Assembly: GCA_964016885.1 (NCBI GenBank)
Contig: OZ024745.1
Location: 52,514,001 to 52,578,000 of the forward strand
Reading direction: 5' to 3'
DNA length: 64,000 nt
Source of the DNA: Eledone cirrhosa
Lineage: Eukaryota
Numbering within the stretch: position 1 is the first letter of the stretch; each line of letters starts with the position of its first letter. Below the pieces are notes generated by a model that was not told where the DNA came from, searched no databases, and was given only the letters and a program-made list of their open reading frames with translations. The position numbers and the translations under genes were made by a program. Shown here piece after piece: positions 1 through 16,678 of this stretch.

Positions 1-41
<41 letters not shown>

Positions 42-772
42 GCATGTGTGTGTGTGTCTTTATGCGTGCCCATTTTGTAAAGATAAACTATTATATATAA
101 AGTACGTATGGTGTGTCTTTATTTGTGTACGGTAAATAGAGTGTATTTTCCTTCGTGTATATATGTATATGCATGCGGATATTCATAAATTGTTGTAGTG
201 ACCATTCAAATCAATCTGTTCTATTCTTCTTTTTCCTCACTTTATTCTGAATCTCGTTATTGTTTATCTTTCTATTACTGACTCTCAAAAGCCAATATGT
301 TCTTTTGTGATTACATTTCTTGACTCGGTGCGGCTTGGTAAATCGTGAATAAATCATTTTAGCCAGTTGCTTTTTTACGTTGGATGTGATTATTACTAGT
401 ATGAAAGTTGGTTCATCTAATTGAGTAATAAAATTAGTAAGTAGCATTCACACAAATAGCAAAATCACCAGTGGAGAAGCTCGTCCACTGTTTTAATGCC
501 AGAAATAAATATCTACTTTTTTTCATTTGTTAAAGTTTCGAGCAGAAATATTATATATGGGAATAGTAGAATCAGCCACTAAGTTAATGCAACTTATATT
601 TGTTTTGCTATTTCCTTTTATTTATTTACCCAATATTTATTTTAATGTATTACTGAAATTTTTGCGTATGTTACCTCGTTACGACAATGCACGAAATCTT
701 GCTAAATGTAACGGTTGCCTCCATAAATATGGTTTCGTTTGATATGATGGGAATTATCTTTTCCTCTGTTTC

Positions 773-776
<4 letters not shown>

Positions 777-854
<78 letters not shown>
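777..854. repeat. (TA)n microsatellite, representative of dozens of TA/CA/GA tracts that flank almost every insert in the window
   Basis: Direct reading. These tracts generate the [12 protein letters not shown] pseudo-ORFs. Confidence 0.98.
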
Positions 855-856
<2 letters not shown>

Positions 857-1682
857 AACGAGTAGGACCCCGACGGCTGAGCTCAAGCCGTTTCGACGGC
901 TAATTCTGGACTAAATGAACATTTTTATCCGGGTATATGATAGCCGAGCTTCTCAGGGGGTAATTCCATATATGGTAAAAGTGATTGTCACAAGGATTGG
1001 TAAAAAGTTTGTTGTTGAGGCACATAATTCTATCATGGCAATTTGTGGGAGGAAGGGGTATCTGAACCTGCCAGTAGAAGAAAGAGGGAGAGGGAGTGGA
1101 GGAAACCCAGTCGTGCGTTGATAGTGCCAACTACAGCAGGGCAGGAGGTCAAGCAAGTATACTAGGGAGGGGGAGGGGGAGGAAGTCGAAACAATAAGTA
1201 AATCAATATGGAGTAAATATATAGAAGAATACCAAGAATGTTAAAAATATAAAAAAACAATTTCTGGTTACCATTCCCTAACGACAGTCATCAAGTCTCT
1301 CACTAGTACTGCTAAACTATAGAAAAGTTTGCTAGGTGGGACGGAATTGTAATGAGACCATTTTAAGAGTTAGTAGTAATCAACCTAGTATATCTTACGG
1401 TGACAGGTCAACCAGTGGGTGGCCAAAAAACTAAAGAATCTACCACGAAATAATAATTCAGAGTCCCGAAACTAATACGAAATAATTGTTTCTACCCCAG
1501 GCACAAGCCCAGCAACCATCCAGTGCCAAAAATAAACTAATACGAAATAATAATTCAGAATCCCGAAAATGAATACTAATACTATCTCTAAGGGTGCCGC
1601 TACGATAGAAAAATTCTAGTGCAAACTACATAAATGCTCGTACGAAGTATATGAAAAATTTGATACGGAAAATTAATTAAAG
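855..1682 (-). mobile_element. Solo 3' end (pLTR/3'UTR) of the PLE family at 48951-51406 (family A)
   Basis: Colinear with 48951-49810 (ggaacgag.aggaccccgacggctgagctcaagccgtttcg...). Starts at a (TA)n tract. Confidence 0.9.
867..961 (-). ncRNA. Type I hammerhead-like motif, family A
   Basis: Minus strand reads acccc-CTGAGAA-gctcggcta...tagccgtc-GAAA-cggct(tgagctc)agccg-TC-ggggt. GUC triplet; position 8 is non-canonical. Confidence 0.6.
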
Positions 1683-2429
1683 AGACGGTCGTACTCACAA
1701 TTAAAATATCCCGCCCTCTCACACTCCAACACAAGTTATATCACGAGGCAGTTTTCCGCAAATACTGTATGCAATGGCTCATGCAAGAACATAAGAACAT
1801 ATACAAACCCATAACACTTCTATGCATTTCGCCTCTCCTGGTAACTCCTCATTTATTCCCCGTATTTCTCTCTCCTAAAGTATCTTATAATGAGCTTTTT
1901 CCTATTGAAAGACCGAAGATCGATTAGTCGAAGACTATTCTTGTATAAAACTCATAAAAGGTTCAAATTAATAACACTTTGTTCTGTTGACACGCTACCA
2001 TCGTCAAGGCATAGACACAAATCGTTTAAGCTGTGAGAAAAGAGTCATTTTTGTGGCTCGTTTGAAGAGGACATGAAACATTTCTCAAGGAAAGTATAGC
2101 TGCCGCCAAGACAAATACCCTCGTCATTTGCTAATATTCTGAATCCGGAGAGAGATAAACCATACCAAACACAGAGGCAAAAAAAGCTATTACTTAGCTT
2201 TGAGAGAGAGTGAGGAGAAATTCGACAACAAGGAGGGCAACCATCGGATATGAAGTCTTACCTGCGAGAATATTTTCAGTTTTCAATTGTTCACCTCCGA
2301 TGCGCAATTGCCCATAGAGCTTCGCAGCAGTTACACAGCTCAATTAAATGAAGCAAACCTGAAATCACGTTTCTTTCCCTAGGACACTACACACTACACA
2401 CACTACACCCGGACTCTGTCTCTCTCTTC

Positions 2430-2440
2430 CCCCCTCTCTA

Positions 2441-2490
<50 letters not shown>

Positions 2491-2493
2491 ACA

Positions 2494-2584
<91 letters not shown>

Positions 2585-2718
2585 ATAAATATATATATGT
2601 GTGTATATATATATATATATATGTGTATGTATGTATATATATATATATATATATGTGTGTGTGCATTTATATGTATATATATATATATATATAATATATA
2701 TATGCATATATATATATG

Positions 2719-2810
<92 letters not shown>

Positions 2811-2890
2811 CGTGTGTATGCGTGCGCGCGCGCGCGTGTGTGTGTGTGTGTGCGTGTGTGTGTGTGTGTGTGTGCGTGTGTGTGTGTATA
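2430..2890. repeat. Compound microsatellite (CT/CA/TA/TG/CG)
   Basis: Direct reading. Confidence 0.95.
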
Positions 2891-4360
2891 TGTATATTGT
2901 TTATTTCTTGTGTATTGCTAAATTCAATCATTGTGACTCGAAGAGATTTAGTCATCAATATCAAAGCCATTACATATTATATTTTGGTTTTGTCTCACTC
3001 CCTATTTTTCGGGAGTTTGTACAATCTAGTAAGTTTCAGTATAAACAAACATATCTTCAACGCGCATAGACACATATACACATATACGTTGTACGTAGAA
3101 TTATCAAACCATCCAACAGAAAATAATGCATATTCAGGTAGGAAAAATACTGTGTAATACTTACTATATTATTAATCTTTTCTTTGCTGATTGTATTTGG
3201 TTTTACTTTGATATGTAATAGGTTTGATTCAGATGTGTTTTGTTATAAATGGTTTGACTCATATTGTTGGTTGTAGTTTTTGTTCGCATTTATAAAGAGG
3301 AGAGTTTATAGGCATATGCGTTCAAGGAAACAGGAAAACATTACCGACACTCATGTATATAAACACATTAATAACTTTATCTCCATACTTAGAGATATGT
3401 GTATGTACATGATAGGTGGCATATACGCACATTTGTCTGTATATACAATATAATTATAAAGGAGTATCAAGTTCGTCACAACATTCTATTAAAATAAGCA
3501 AATTTATTTATTGGAACACCATATTGCTTTTGTCACAAATATGTTTTATTCTAAAATAATGTGTGTTATCAAATCATTATCACAGCTCTATTGTTCAAAT
3601 CCAACATCTAGATAGATTTGAATAGTCCAGTAAATATAGATTCTAATACAGTTTCACAGATTTCCGTCAAACGTAGTATTATAACGCCACAGACTAAGAC
3701 GGAGTACAGATATTGATTTGTAAATGAAAACGTCGACACACATGTGTAATTGTTCTCATAATATTAGGTTTTCTCCGTAAAACGTACAAATATCATAACA
3801 ATATTGATAATGAACAGTCGAAAACGAAATATGTGACACTATCATACCCAGTTTACGAAGAAAATGCTGTTCAATATGTCCGATACTCAATTTATTAACA
3901 GGTATAAAGAGAGATCTCTACTTTTAATGAGCTATTTGAATGATACATAGCATAGAGTAATAGAACCAACATTGTACACCAATTGTTTCTTCAATTTATT
4001 ATTTATTGGACTAATTTCTTTTAAACTAGGAATTGGTGGCAGTGTATTATCAGGAATGGATACATAGCAATGGATACCCGTGATATCAGCGTTAATATAA
4101 TTGAACATTCTACTCACACGTCTAACGTATGGCTTAAAGGGATTCAACATGACACTGTCTGTGACAATGTTAGTCGATAGAATTACAGATAATGCCCCTT
4201 CGATGGGCTTTTAAAGAGCTTCTGTCAACCTAATTTGCCAATCACGAATGACATATGCTCAAAAACCCGAGTAGTTATGATCGCTGAACGAATATCTTTA
4301 CTCGGCTTTGCAGCGTCTACAATTATCGCAAGTATAGCGTAAATATTTAACAAACAAACA

Positions 4361-4398
<38 letters not shown>

Positions 4399-4574
4399 TT
4401 TGTGTGTATATATATATCTATATAATATGTGGACCCTGATGTATATCGGTGGTGGGGGTGACCATATATAACAAAAAACGTTACGCAATTGAGCATTCGT
4501 ATGCTTATTTTCTCATAAAAAGGAATTCTACAGGAATAGAACTATATACACACGCACACACACACACACACACA

Positions 4575-4649
<75 letters not shown>

Positions 4650-4872
4650 GAAAAACATGGGGAGAAGAATACTGCATGGTTGCACATGGATTACGTATTA
4701 TAAAATTAGTCCCTCATCAGTGATTTGCCAACCAGCATTGGTATTTCATCGCATTAAAAATCATATACCTCAGGTTGGTGCGAGCAATAACTAAAATAAG
4801 CTATTGGGACAAGTAAGTCGTCGCGTAAAGCGAGTGAGACAAGTAAACAACATAGAAAGAAAAACAAACCGA

Positions 4873-4926
<54 letters not shown>

Positions 4927-4930
<4 letters not shown>

Positions 4931-5175
4931 TCATCATCACTCGTCGACTACTGTCGAGTTGATAGATCTCACTCTCATGCCCGAGAATTCCCTGTCCCCC
5001 ATCGCTGCACCCAGGTCCTGTCTACTGTTTCCCGTATCCCTAGAGATAACGTCAGGGAGTGACAGATTCCTACTCCTAGTCAGGCTGGAGTCAGAGCAAG
5101 AGAGCGGATATGATTTCATTGCTGGCACGGTGACAGTGGCCAGCAATTTGAGCTCTCCGGGATTTTAGAAGGGCA
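4927..5175 (-). mobile_element. 3' end of an RTE/RTE-X-type LINE with (TGA)n tail
   Basis: Minus-strand peptides [24 protein letters not shown] and LSLPDVISRDTG..DLGAAMGDR resemble RTE-clade C-termini. Followed by tgatgatgat. Confidence 0.7.
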
Positions 5176-5177
5176 TA

Positions 5178-6723
<1,546 letters not shown>

Positions 6724-6764
6724 TAATATATAAGAACAAAAGATGGTTAAAAGAGTTCCATGTA

Positions 6765-6831
6765 TTTTATTATGCGCATTTCAAAAACAAATATTATCAT
6801 GCAATAATATTTGTGTTTTCATCAGATAAAA
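6765..6831 (-). ncRNA. Minimal type I HHR in the inverted pLTR
   Basis: Reverse complement of the HHR at 12692-12758. Confidence 0.85.
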
Positions 6832-7788
6832 TAGGAAGACATATGAAGGTTAAAAAACACTTGTGGATAGTGCAGTTTTAAATCAACATATGAAAAGTAG
6901 TTTTAGATTGATGTGTGATATTGGGCGAACATTTTTTTTTAGCGGGGGGGGGGGGGTGAAAAAGAGGAGGAGATGAGAGTAAAAAGTGGAGAGGGAGGAG
7001 TATAATGAGGAATTATGAGATAGGAGGAGAGATGAGTGATAGAGAGAGAGAGATAGCTTTTATAACTGAGAAAAATATATTGTTTTACATAGAGAGGTTG
7101 AAAAACCGTTGGAAGATAATGTATAAATTAAAAGAATTTGAAAATTAACGAAGAGAAAAATAATGTAAAGTTAAGCTTTGTATATTGAAGGGTCTAATAA
7201 TATGTGCGATGAAAAGAAAATGTTGATATATATTAAGAATAATATTTAAGGGTTTAATAATATGTGCGATGGAAAGAAAATGTTAATATGTATTAAGAAT
7301 AATATTTAAGGGTTTAATAATATGTGCGATGGAAAGAAAATGTTGATATGTATTATTAAAAAGAACAACAAGTAATGTAAGTAAGGATATATTGTGAGTT
7401 GAGCATGAGTAAGTTAGATGAAAGGGAGAATAAAATAATGAATTGAAGATGAATAATCTAACGTCAAAAAATGTTTATGTTTACGAAGGATTTTTGCAAG
7501 GTAATATGAAGTAAGAATGTATTGTATTGCGTAATAATTGTTTCTATGATAGGCAACAGTGAGAAAAGGTACAGATTAAGAGTTAGACATTAAAAGAAAA
7601 AGAGAAGAAAGGGAAAATGAAGAAAGGGAAGTGATAAATAGGAGTGATATAGAATGAGTAACAAGTATTATATAATGTATAATAAATAACTTTGAAATAA
7701 GGTAGAAAGATGGGTATATTTTTAAAGAAGTATATATATATATATGTGCCTTTGAGAAAAAGATTCTAAATTGATAAAGTTTTGGATA

Positions 7789-8758
7789 TTAGCTATATAC
7801 TTTGTGGAATGTTTTGTGGAATGTATGCAAGCAGAGAGAAAACAAGTCAGTGCGTCTATTTATTATAGAATCTAAATTAGATATAATGGTAAATTTTTCA
7901 TTTAGACAGAGATTGCAAATCTTGTTTAGAGAACTGTTCAAGAATGGAGACGCAGAAGAAACCTTTTTCCAAAAGATGCCATACTTAATATTTTTGTCTT
8001 TCAAGGACCATATGAGTTCTGAGAGAGCCGTGTTGGTTCTTTTAAGTTTGTATTTAAAAGACGAATGATGGTTATAAAGACGAGCTTTAAAGGAGGTGGA
8101 AGTGGAGCCAAAATAGGTGAAGGAATTGGTGTCCGTTATAACTTTACATTCATAAATTAAGTTTTTATCAAGACAATTGCGATTAGAGAGATTATTAACG
8201 AGTGACCTAGTGTTATCTATAGAAGGAATTGGATTGGAGAAGTTATTTGCGATAGGAATAATAGTTTCTTGATTTAGAATGGGATTAAGAACATTTAGCG
8301 AAGTTGTATTTGACGTTGTATTTGGGTTTGCAGAAATTAGCCTAGGGTTTACAATGACGTCGGGAGTACTATTACTATTATTATGATATTCAGTGTTGGA
8401 AGGAAGAGATTTAGTATTTAGTATTTTATTGTTGTGTTTAGAGATAATGTTGGAAATGTTGGAGGATGTCGAATAGGAAAATTGTATAGTGTGTTTGTTA
8501 AATATTTTACTATAGATATGTGAGGGAGGGAAGCATTTATTTAAGGCACTAAAGAATAATTTAGGAATATTATTATTAATAGAGATGGAGAAAGGAGCAT
8601 TATACCAGATTATGTTTTTGTATCTAGGTCTTTTATTAAAGTTATTGGAATGATCATGATTAATTATTCTAAGATCTTCTAGAATTTGTTTCTTTACTAT
8701 ATTTGATTTTATCAGGATAGCCGGCTTTAGAAAGCGCGTTATTATAGTAATTGGCGTT
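7789..8758 (-). pseudogene. Inverted duplicate of the PLE linker/GIY-YIG coding region
   Basis: Reverse complement of 10820-11792. ORF 7789-8004 mirrors 11577-11792. Confidence 0.9.
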
Positions 8759-9160
8759 TCTTTTCATCGCACATATTATTAAACCCTTCAATATACAAAC
8801 CTTAACTTTACATTATTTTTCTCTTCGTTAATTTTCAAATTCTTTTAACTTATACATTATCTTCCAACTGTTTTTCAACCTCTCTATGTAAAACAATACA
8901 TTTTTCTCAGTTATAAAAGCTATCTCTCTCTCTCTATATCACCCATCTCTCCTCCTATCTCATCCTTCCTCATTATACTCCTCCCTCTCCACTTTTTACT
9001 CTCACCTCCTCCTCTTTTTCATCCTTTCCAATCCCCCCCCCCCCCCTAAAAAAATATTTTTTTCCCAATATCACACATCAATCTAAAACTACTTTTCATA
9101 TGTTGATTTAAAACTTCACTATCCACAAGTGTTTTTTAACCTTCATATCATGTCTTCCGA

Positions 9161-9227
9161 TTTTACCTGATGAAAACACAAATATTATTGCATGATGATA
9201 TTTGTTTTTGAAATGCGCATAATAAAA
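9161..9227 (+). ncRNA. Minimal type I HHR in the 5' pLTR
   Basis: ttttac-CTGATGA-long helix II-GAAA-tgcgca-TA-ataaaa. Confidence 0.85.
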
Positions 9228-9436
9228 TACATGGAACTCTTCTAACCATCTTTTGTTCTTATATATTATGTATACTCCAGTCCTACAAACTGTAGAGTGC
9301 GTCTTATCCGATATCTGCATTGCTTTATTGTACTACAATAAAACTCACCTCCTACATTAACTTGCTCCTTAACGGTTGAGCGCTAACTCTCATATTGGAT
9401 ACCTTTTGATGGTCCTTTACTTTTTTCTTCTACAAC

Positions 9437-11792
9437 ATGGATTATTACAACATAACCAATTCAACTAAAGACACTCCTATACCTGGTAAATCTGAATTCA
9501 CCAAACTTCTAATTGAACAAACTGACTCCTTTATAAGAAGACTTAGATGGATAGCTTATTTCTATGACCAACGCCTAAAAGGGAACTTCTATACCAAGGA
9601 ACATAACTTCCTCGATCATCTATTTAATTCTAGAAGAAATCCTCCTTCCAACAAAAATCTAGTGCAATTCGAGGAAGAGTTAACTAAAATTATAAAAAAT
9701 CTTAAATTCAAGAGATACCTTTACAAAGGACAAGAGCACCTTGTAAATCTCAAGAACACAATTTCAAACCTAGATTCCTCAAAAAATGTTTTAGTCCACT
9801 CTGACAAAACCTATAATTTATATGGTATTTCCAAGGATAATTATAACAACCTTATCCTAAAGGAACTTAGGAAAAAATATCGTAAAACCAACCATGATAA
9901 TTTAGAATACATAAACTTTGAAGCCTCTGAGATTATGTCAAAACTTGGCATCGAAAAAAAGACCGAACCATTCCTCCCAAGAACTCCGAGGATAAATCTC
10001 AAGGATCACAAAAACAATTTTCGCACTGAACTACCTGTTAGATTAATCGCCCCCTCTAAATCAGATCTGGGGGTTGTTAGTAAAGCCATCTTGGATAGAA
10101 TTAGCCCACAGGTTCGTTCTAATTGCTCTTCTTTGAACTTAAATTAAAGGTTTGGCACTTCTGAAGTGATTGGCTGGTTCAACAAATTGAATAATAAAAA
10201 CAAACTAAAATTTGATCAATTTGATATTGCCAGCTACTATTCTTCTATTTCGCCTTCACTTCTCAATAATGCTCTATCTTTCGCACTTAAATATTCTGAC
10301 ATCACCACAGATGAACTTCACATCATTCTCACCGCACGTAAAACCATCCTAGAGTTCAACAATGAATATTGGACCAGAGCCGATACCTCTAACAACTTCG
10401 ACATCACAATGGGAGCATCCGATTCATCCCAATTGACAGATTTAATTGGTATCTTTATTTTGAACTCTTTGAGTCGGAAAATTCCTCAACTTCTTGGTGG
10501 AATTTATCGTGACGATGGACTATTTACTATCTTAAATTGCAACATGGTTGACCTTAATATTATTAAGAACAATATACGTAATCTCTTTAACCAACATAAC
10601 CTAAAAATTGAATTTGATAACAGCATCAAACTAGCTAATTTCTTGGATGTATCTCTTAATCTTGACACTGGCCTATATTACCCTTGCCATAAAAAAAATG
10701 AGAACCTAAATTATGTTAATTTTAAATCTAACCATCCTACTAATATCAAGAATGCTATAGTTAGTAATATTGGAAAAAGAATATCTAACCTATCTTCTAA
10801 TAAAAACATCTTTGATGCTAACGCCAATTACTATAATAACGCGCTTTCTAAAGCCGGCTATCCTGATAAAATCAAATATAGTAAAGAAACAAATTCTAGA
10901 AGATCTTACAGTAGAATAATTAATCATGATCATTCCAATAACTTTAATAAAAGACCTAGATACAAAAACATAATCTGGTATAATGCTCCTTTCTCCATCT
11001 CTATTAAAAATAATATTCCTAAATTATTCTTTAGTGCCTTAAATAAATGCTTCCCTCCCTCACATATCTATAGTAAAATATTTAACAAACACACTATAAC
11101 ATTTTCCTATTCGACATCCTCCAACATTTCCAACATTATCTCTAAACACAACAATAAAATGCTAAATACTAAATCTCTTCCTTCCAACACTGAATATCAT
11201 TAATAATAGTAATAGTACTCACGTCATTGTAAACCCTAGGCTAATTTCTGCAAACCCAAATACAACGTCAAATACAACTTCGCTAAATGTTCTTAATCCC
11301 ATTCTAAATCAAGAAACTATTATTCCTATCGCAAATAACTTCTCCAATCCAATTCCTTCTATAGATAACACTAGGTCACTCGTTAATAATCTCTCTAATC
11401 GCAATTGTCTTCATAAAAACTTAATTCACGAATGTAAAGTTATAACTGACACCAATTCTTTCACCTATTTTGGCTCCACTTCCACCTCCTTTAAAGCTCG
11501 TCTTTATAACCATCATTCGTCTTTTAAATACAAACTTAAAAGAACCAACACGGCTCTCTCAGAACTCATATGGTCCTTGAAAGACAAAAATATTAAATAT
11601 AGCATCTTTTGGAAAAAGGTTTCTTCTGCGTCTCCATTCTTGAACAGTTCTCTATCCAAGATTTGCAATCTCTGTCTAAATGAAAAATTTACCATTATAT
11701 CTAATTTAGATTCTATAATAAATAGACGCACTGACTTGTTTTCTCTCTGCTTGCATAAATTACACAAAACATTCCACAAAGTATACAGCTAA
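9437..11792 (+). pseudogene. PLE reverse transcriptase + C-terminal GIY-YIG endonuclease (in-frame TAA at 10145, +1 frameshift at ~11200)
   Basis: Motifs SDKT, INLKDHK..PVRLIAPSKSDLG, FDIASYYSSI, FDITMGASDS, YRDDG, NFLDV, WYNAPFS, LIHECKV..TYFGST, CNLCLNEK, INRRTDLFSLCLH. Confidence 0.93.
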
Positions 11793-12691
11793 TATCCAAA
11801 ACTTTATCAATTTAGAATCTTTTTCTCAAAGGCACATATATATATATACTTCTTTAAAAATATACCCATCTTTCTACCTTATTTCAAAGTTATGTTTATA
11901 CATTATATAATACTTGTTACTCATTCTATATCACTCCTATTTATCACTTCCCTTTCTTCATTTTCCCTTTCTTCTCTTTTTATTTTAATGTCTAACTCTT
12001 AATCTGTACCTTTTCTCACTGTTGCCTGACATAGAAACAATTATTACACAATACAATACATTCTTACTTCATATTACCTTGCAAAAATCCTTCGTAAACA
12101 TAAACATTTTTTGACGTTAGATTATTCATCCTCAATTCATTATTTTATTCTCCCTGTCATCTAACTTACTCATGCTCATCTCACAATATATCCTTACTTA
12201 CATTACTTATTGTTCTTTTTAATAATACATATCAACATTTTCTTTCTATCGCACATATTATTAAACCCTTAAATATTATTCTTAATACATATTAACATTT
12301 TCTTTTCATCGCACATATTATTAAACCCTTCAATATACAAAGCTTAACTTTACATTATTTTTCTCTTCGTTAATTTTCAAATTCTTTTAATTTTTACATT
12401 ATCTTCCAACGGTTTTTCAACCTCTCTATGTAAAACAATACATTTTTCTCAGTTATAAAAGCTATCTCTCTCTCTATCCCCCATCTCTCCTCCTATCTCA
12501 TAATTCCTCATTATACTCCCCCCTCTCCACTTTTTACTCTCATCTCCTCCTCTTTTTCATCCTTTCCACCCCCCCCCCCTAAAAATATGTTTTCACCAAT
12601 ATCATACATCAATCTAAAACTACTTTTCATATGTTGATTTAAAACTGCACTATCCACAAGTGTTTTTTAACCTTCATATCATGTCTTCCTA

Positions 12692-12758
12692 TTTTATCTG
12701 ATGAAAACACAAATATTATTGCATGATGATATTTGTTTTTGAAATGCGCATAATAAAA
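12692..12758 (+). ncRNA. Minimal type I HHR in the 3' pLTR
   Basis: Helix I ttttat/ataaaa, CTGATGA, helix II aaacacaaatatt../..gatatttgttttt, GAAA, palindromic helix III tgcgca, UA site. Confidence 0.88.
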
Positions 12759-12883
12759 TACATGGAACTCTTCTAACCATCTTTTGTTCTTATATATTAT
12801 GTATACTCCAGTCCTACAAACTGTAGAGTGCTTCTTATCCGATATCTGCATTGCTTTATTGTACTACAATAAAACTCACCTCC

Positions 12884-12987
<104 letters not shown>

Positions 12988-15272
12988 GGATTGTTTTTCT
13001 TACGGGTGAGATTTGTATATACGATGCACATATACCAATTACGAACCAATGTTTCAGAAGTTGTATAGATCAATTATTATCCACTATTATCTGCTCGTTT
13101 TATATCTCCAGTCAAATAAAGATAGATGATAAAGAATACATTATTAGAGAAATATATAAGGACGAGTGCAAGTCAATATTTTCCAAATAACACAAGAGAG
13201 ATGACAAGTGAAATTAGACCCTGTAGATTGTGGTACGCATTGCAAATAGACGTCTGGAATGGTACATTAAATCTTTTTTCCATGCTCCAGTATTATATCA
13301 TACTATCCGTTTATCTAAGTAGTCGTTCAAATTCTATAACAAATACTAATTCAGATATATTTGAAACAGATGATTGAATTTCATTTATCAAGGAAAACAT
13401 TTCTACATCATCGATACGCTCATAAATGACATATTTTGTCTTTTATCCGTGAAAACCACTGGGATAGCGTTAATTGAAATTTCAGACAAAACTGGAAAAG
13501 CCTCAAAACATGACAAATGTTACTAAATGAGAAAGACGTGTATGGGGTTAATCGCAAATATAATTTTATTACCAAAATATCATTTATCTTAGTTATGAAA
13601 CTTTTCACTTGACAGGAAATTTTCCAATTATCCCAAGGGATATGATGCATTGATTGGCAACATTATACAAGTCATTCTATTTTCTAAAATTGACTTGATA
13701 AAGTTTCAAGCACATTTCTGTTTTTATTTTATATTTTGATTCCTTATCACTTTCCTAAATACTGAATGTTCTATTGTAATATACTAAATTTGGTATAAAA
13801 CATACAGAATGTAGTATAATAAGCTATATTTAAAAAGTAATAACCAGAACCTTAAATAAAATGAAGCATCGATTTATTGTGTTCAATAATTGCTTGCCAT
13901 AGGGATGTTAAAATTGACTATGGTAGTATATATTTCTGTTACTTATCCCTCCCAGATAAATTATAGTCAAAATCGAAACCGATTTAGTGGAAACTTGAAT
14001 CAAATAGCTACAGAGATATGACATTAAATTAAATTAATCTTCAGTGGGCATGATACTATACATTGGTTTGCTGGTTAAGTATAATTTCATGATAGGTTAG
14101 CCTTTTTTACAGACATACGCACACATAGTTACAGACATATAATATAAATGAAATGATTTCCATTTAGGATTCGAAACCGATAAAAAGCTAACCAAATATT
14201 TTCTAGTATTGTCACATAAATATGCAAATTAAATTTTATATCTTTCTATGAAACCAGATGAGATGATTTTAGATGTATATATAAGAATCTGAATAGATCC
14301 GGGTATGGTACTGCTTATTATTTTATTTCATGCAGCTGAAGACGAAAATCAACACCTCTTGTTTCTTCACTATGGTATGAGTCACAAATACTGAAATGAA
14401 TAAAGGATAAGCGACAACATTAGGCTTGCTTATAGTTAAGTATTTATGGAAGTAGGAAAAGGATTAAAGTGTCTAGTATAGTATAGTATGCTCTACGCAG
14501 TCAAGTCTTCAGTTGATATCTTTTGACGAAATGAAATAATTCTAACTGGAAATCGAATAATTCTTTCGCTTTCGATCATACAGTCAATAAGTACATTAAC
14601 ACTCTAGTTGCTATTGTGACAATCTTGGCTTGGATTCTAATAAAAGAATGTAACCTACTGGTGAGAACAAATTCCGGAATGATAACATCCTCAAAGTCGT
14701 CTTTGGTATCATACTAGACATTAAAACATTTCCACATCAAAATAACATAAAAAAACTAGAATTTATAATATATAAATATGTTGTCCATTGTATGTATTAA
14801 AACTTACGTATTATTTACCACGTGTAATCAGAGATTCCCCGAATGGATTTGGGGTAGCGTTACGTGACGGATTGCGTAGCTCGCATATCCAAGAATCGCT
14901 AGTGGTTGAAACACTACTTCTCAGATTTGCGAGTTCAAAGATCTAATATTTCGGAAGTGTGGTTAGAATGCCTTTGGAAAAATTCGCTGGGCAGATTATT
15001 GGTCAAAAGCAGTCAGCAAGACTCCCAGCATTAGTGCCAGTTGCTGATGGCCAGTTGCTTTTGATATCAAAGTTTACAATAACAGACGCAAATTACGATT
15101 GAGTCGGATGAGTTGAATATGTTCAATTGTCATCAGAAGTACGATGATTGAGGGTCTACTTGCAATGAATGAGTGTCGAAAAAGGTGAATGAGATTTTCG
15201 CCTGGCTGATGGCCTATGATATATACTTGTCGACTCAGTCAATCATCACTTATTTTAGTATCTGGAAATGGC

Positions 15273-15317
15273 CAATGATGATATCTAACTAACATAGTTA
15301 GTTAGATATCATCATTG
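15273..15317. repeat. Perfect 21-bp-arm hairpin
   Basis: caatgatgatatctaactaac-ata-gttagttagatatcatcattg. Confidence 0.9.
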
Positions 15318-16219
15318 AAACCGACCTGAAATCCACAACAATTACTCATTTTGTCGTCACTGTAATATCTAAATTCAGGATGGTTTGTTGCTATAAACAT
15401 ATCGTATGTTTTCGTGTGCGTTTGTAAAGCTTATGAAACATTGAATTGCTACATTTTAATTGTTCTTAAAGATAAATTACGTTAGAGATATTATAAGTCA
15501 ATTGCATATTACACAGTAAATGGTTCTTTCATTATGGAATGCCATAGGATGAAAATAAAGTTGATTGAGGTGTGACATAAATCAGAACACAAAACAGTTA
15601 ACTACCATAGCATAATCGTGTCAATACCGCTACCGAATCTCCAAATCCTATACCACCCCTCATTAAATATTTACAGTATTGATTTCGTACATAATCACGA
15701 GGTCAAAATGTGTGGGAAATTTGATAACGAAAATTTCAATACTCGAATGGTAATTTATTTCATCGATATCGCAGGGATAATGATATATCGCACATCCGCT
15801 AGATTTGAGACCCAAAGGAAAAGTGCGAAACATATATGGTAAAGCATTTTATCGAATACTCTAATGAATCAGTAAATTTGCATATCTACTACAGCCAGAA
15901 AACAAAAAACGTTTTGCAACGCGTTATATCCTATTTTAAATAATGATGCTATTTTCACGGAATGAAATAATGAAGACTATTATCGCTGTCGGAAAACAAT
16001 TATTATCATGCAGCGATACGGATGTTATTTAAGGCGAACAGGCATAACATTAGTATTTATATTGTCGGATATTATTGATACGTTGTGTATATTTAAATAT
16101 ATTAAATTGATCGCAGCTAAAATAAATATAGTTCAAAGTAATATAGCCACAATCTCTCTCTCATACTCACTCACTCTCTCTTTCACACACACACACACAC
16201 ACAGACATACACACCCACC

Positions 16220-16253
<34 letters not shown>

Positions 16254-16601
16254 AGTATATGTGTGTGCATGTGTGTCTTAGGAAATGTAAGAATCCCGTA
16301 AAAATAATTGTAACCACAGTACATTGTCACACATAATAGCTTAGAACATCTGGTAAAATAATTCTATGGTAGTCAAACTACGGCCTGAAATACATACGAA
16401 ATATCAAACTACGTATCCTACTAATAGTAGCTGTAACCATTGAACTAAATTACCTTTGACAACCAAAGTAAAAATTGGTAACTATAATGGGCGCTATGGA
16501 TATAATATCATATTATCGGTGAGTCTGCTAGATGGGCATTCTTAGAAAATGAAGCATTCACGAGCGTAGAAAATAACTGTAATAAATACCGACGTTGTTT
16601 C

Positions 16602-16673
<72 letters not shown>

Positions 16674-16678
<5 letters not shown>

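Noticed and set aside
1880-1955. Hammerhead-like TTGAAA-gac/gtc-GAAG
   Set aside because: Core is incomplete and there is no repeat or TA-end context
2365-3157. Long ORFs of YI/CV/HT dipeptides (also 42-44 kb and many others)
   Set aside because: Stop-free translations of microsatellites
10145-10147. In-frame stop in the PLE RT as programmed readthrough or selenocysteine
   Set aside because: It is TAA at an expected Trp-region position; more simply a lesion
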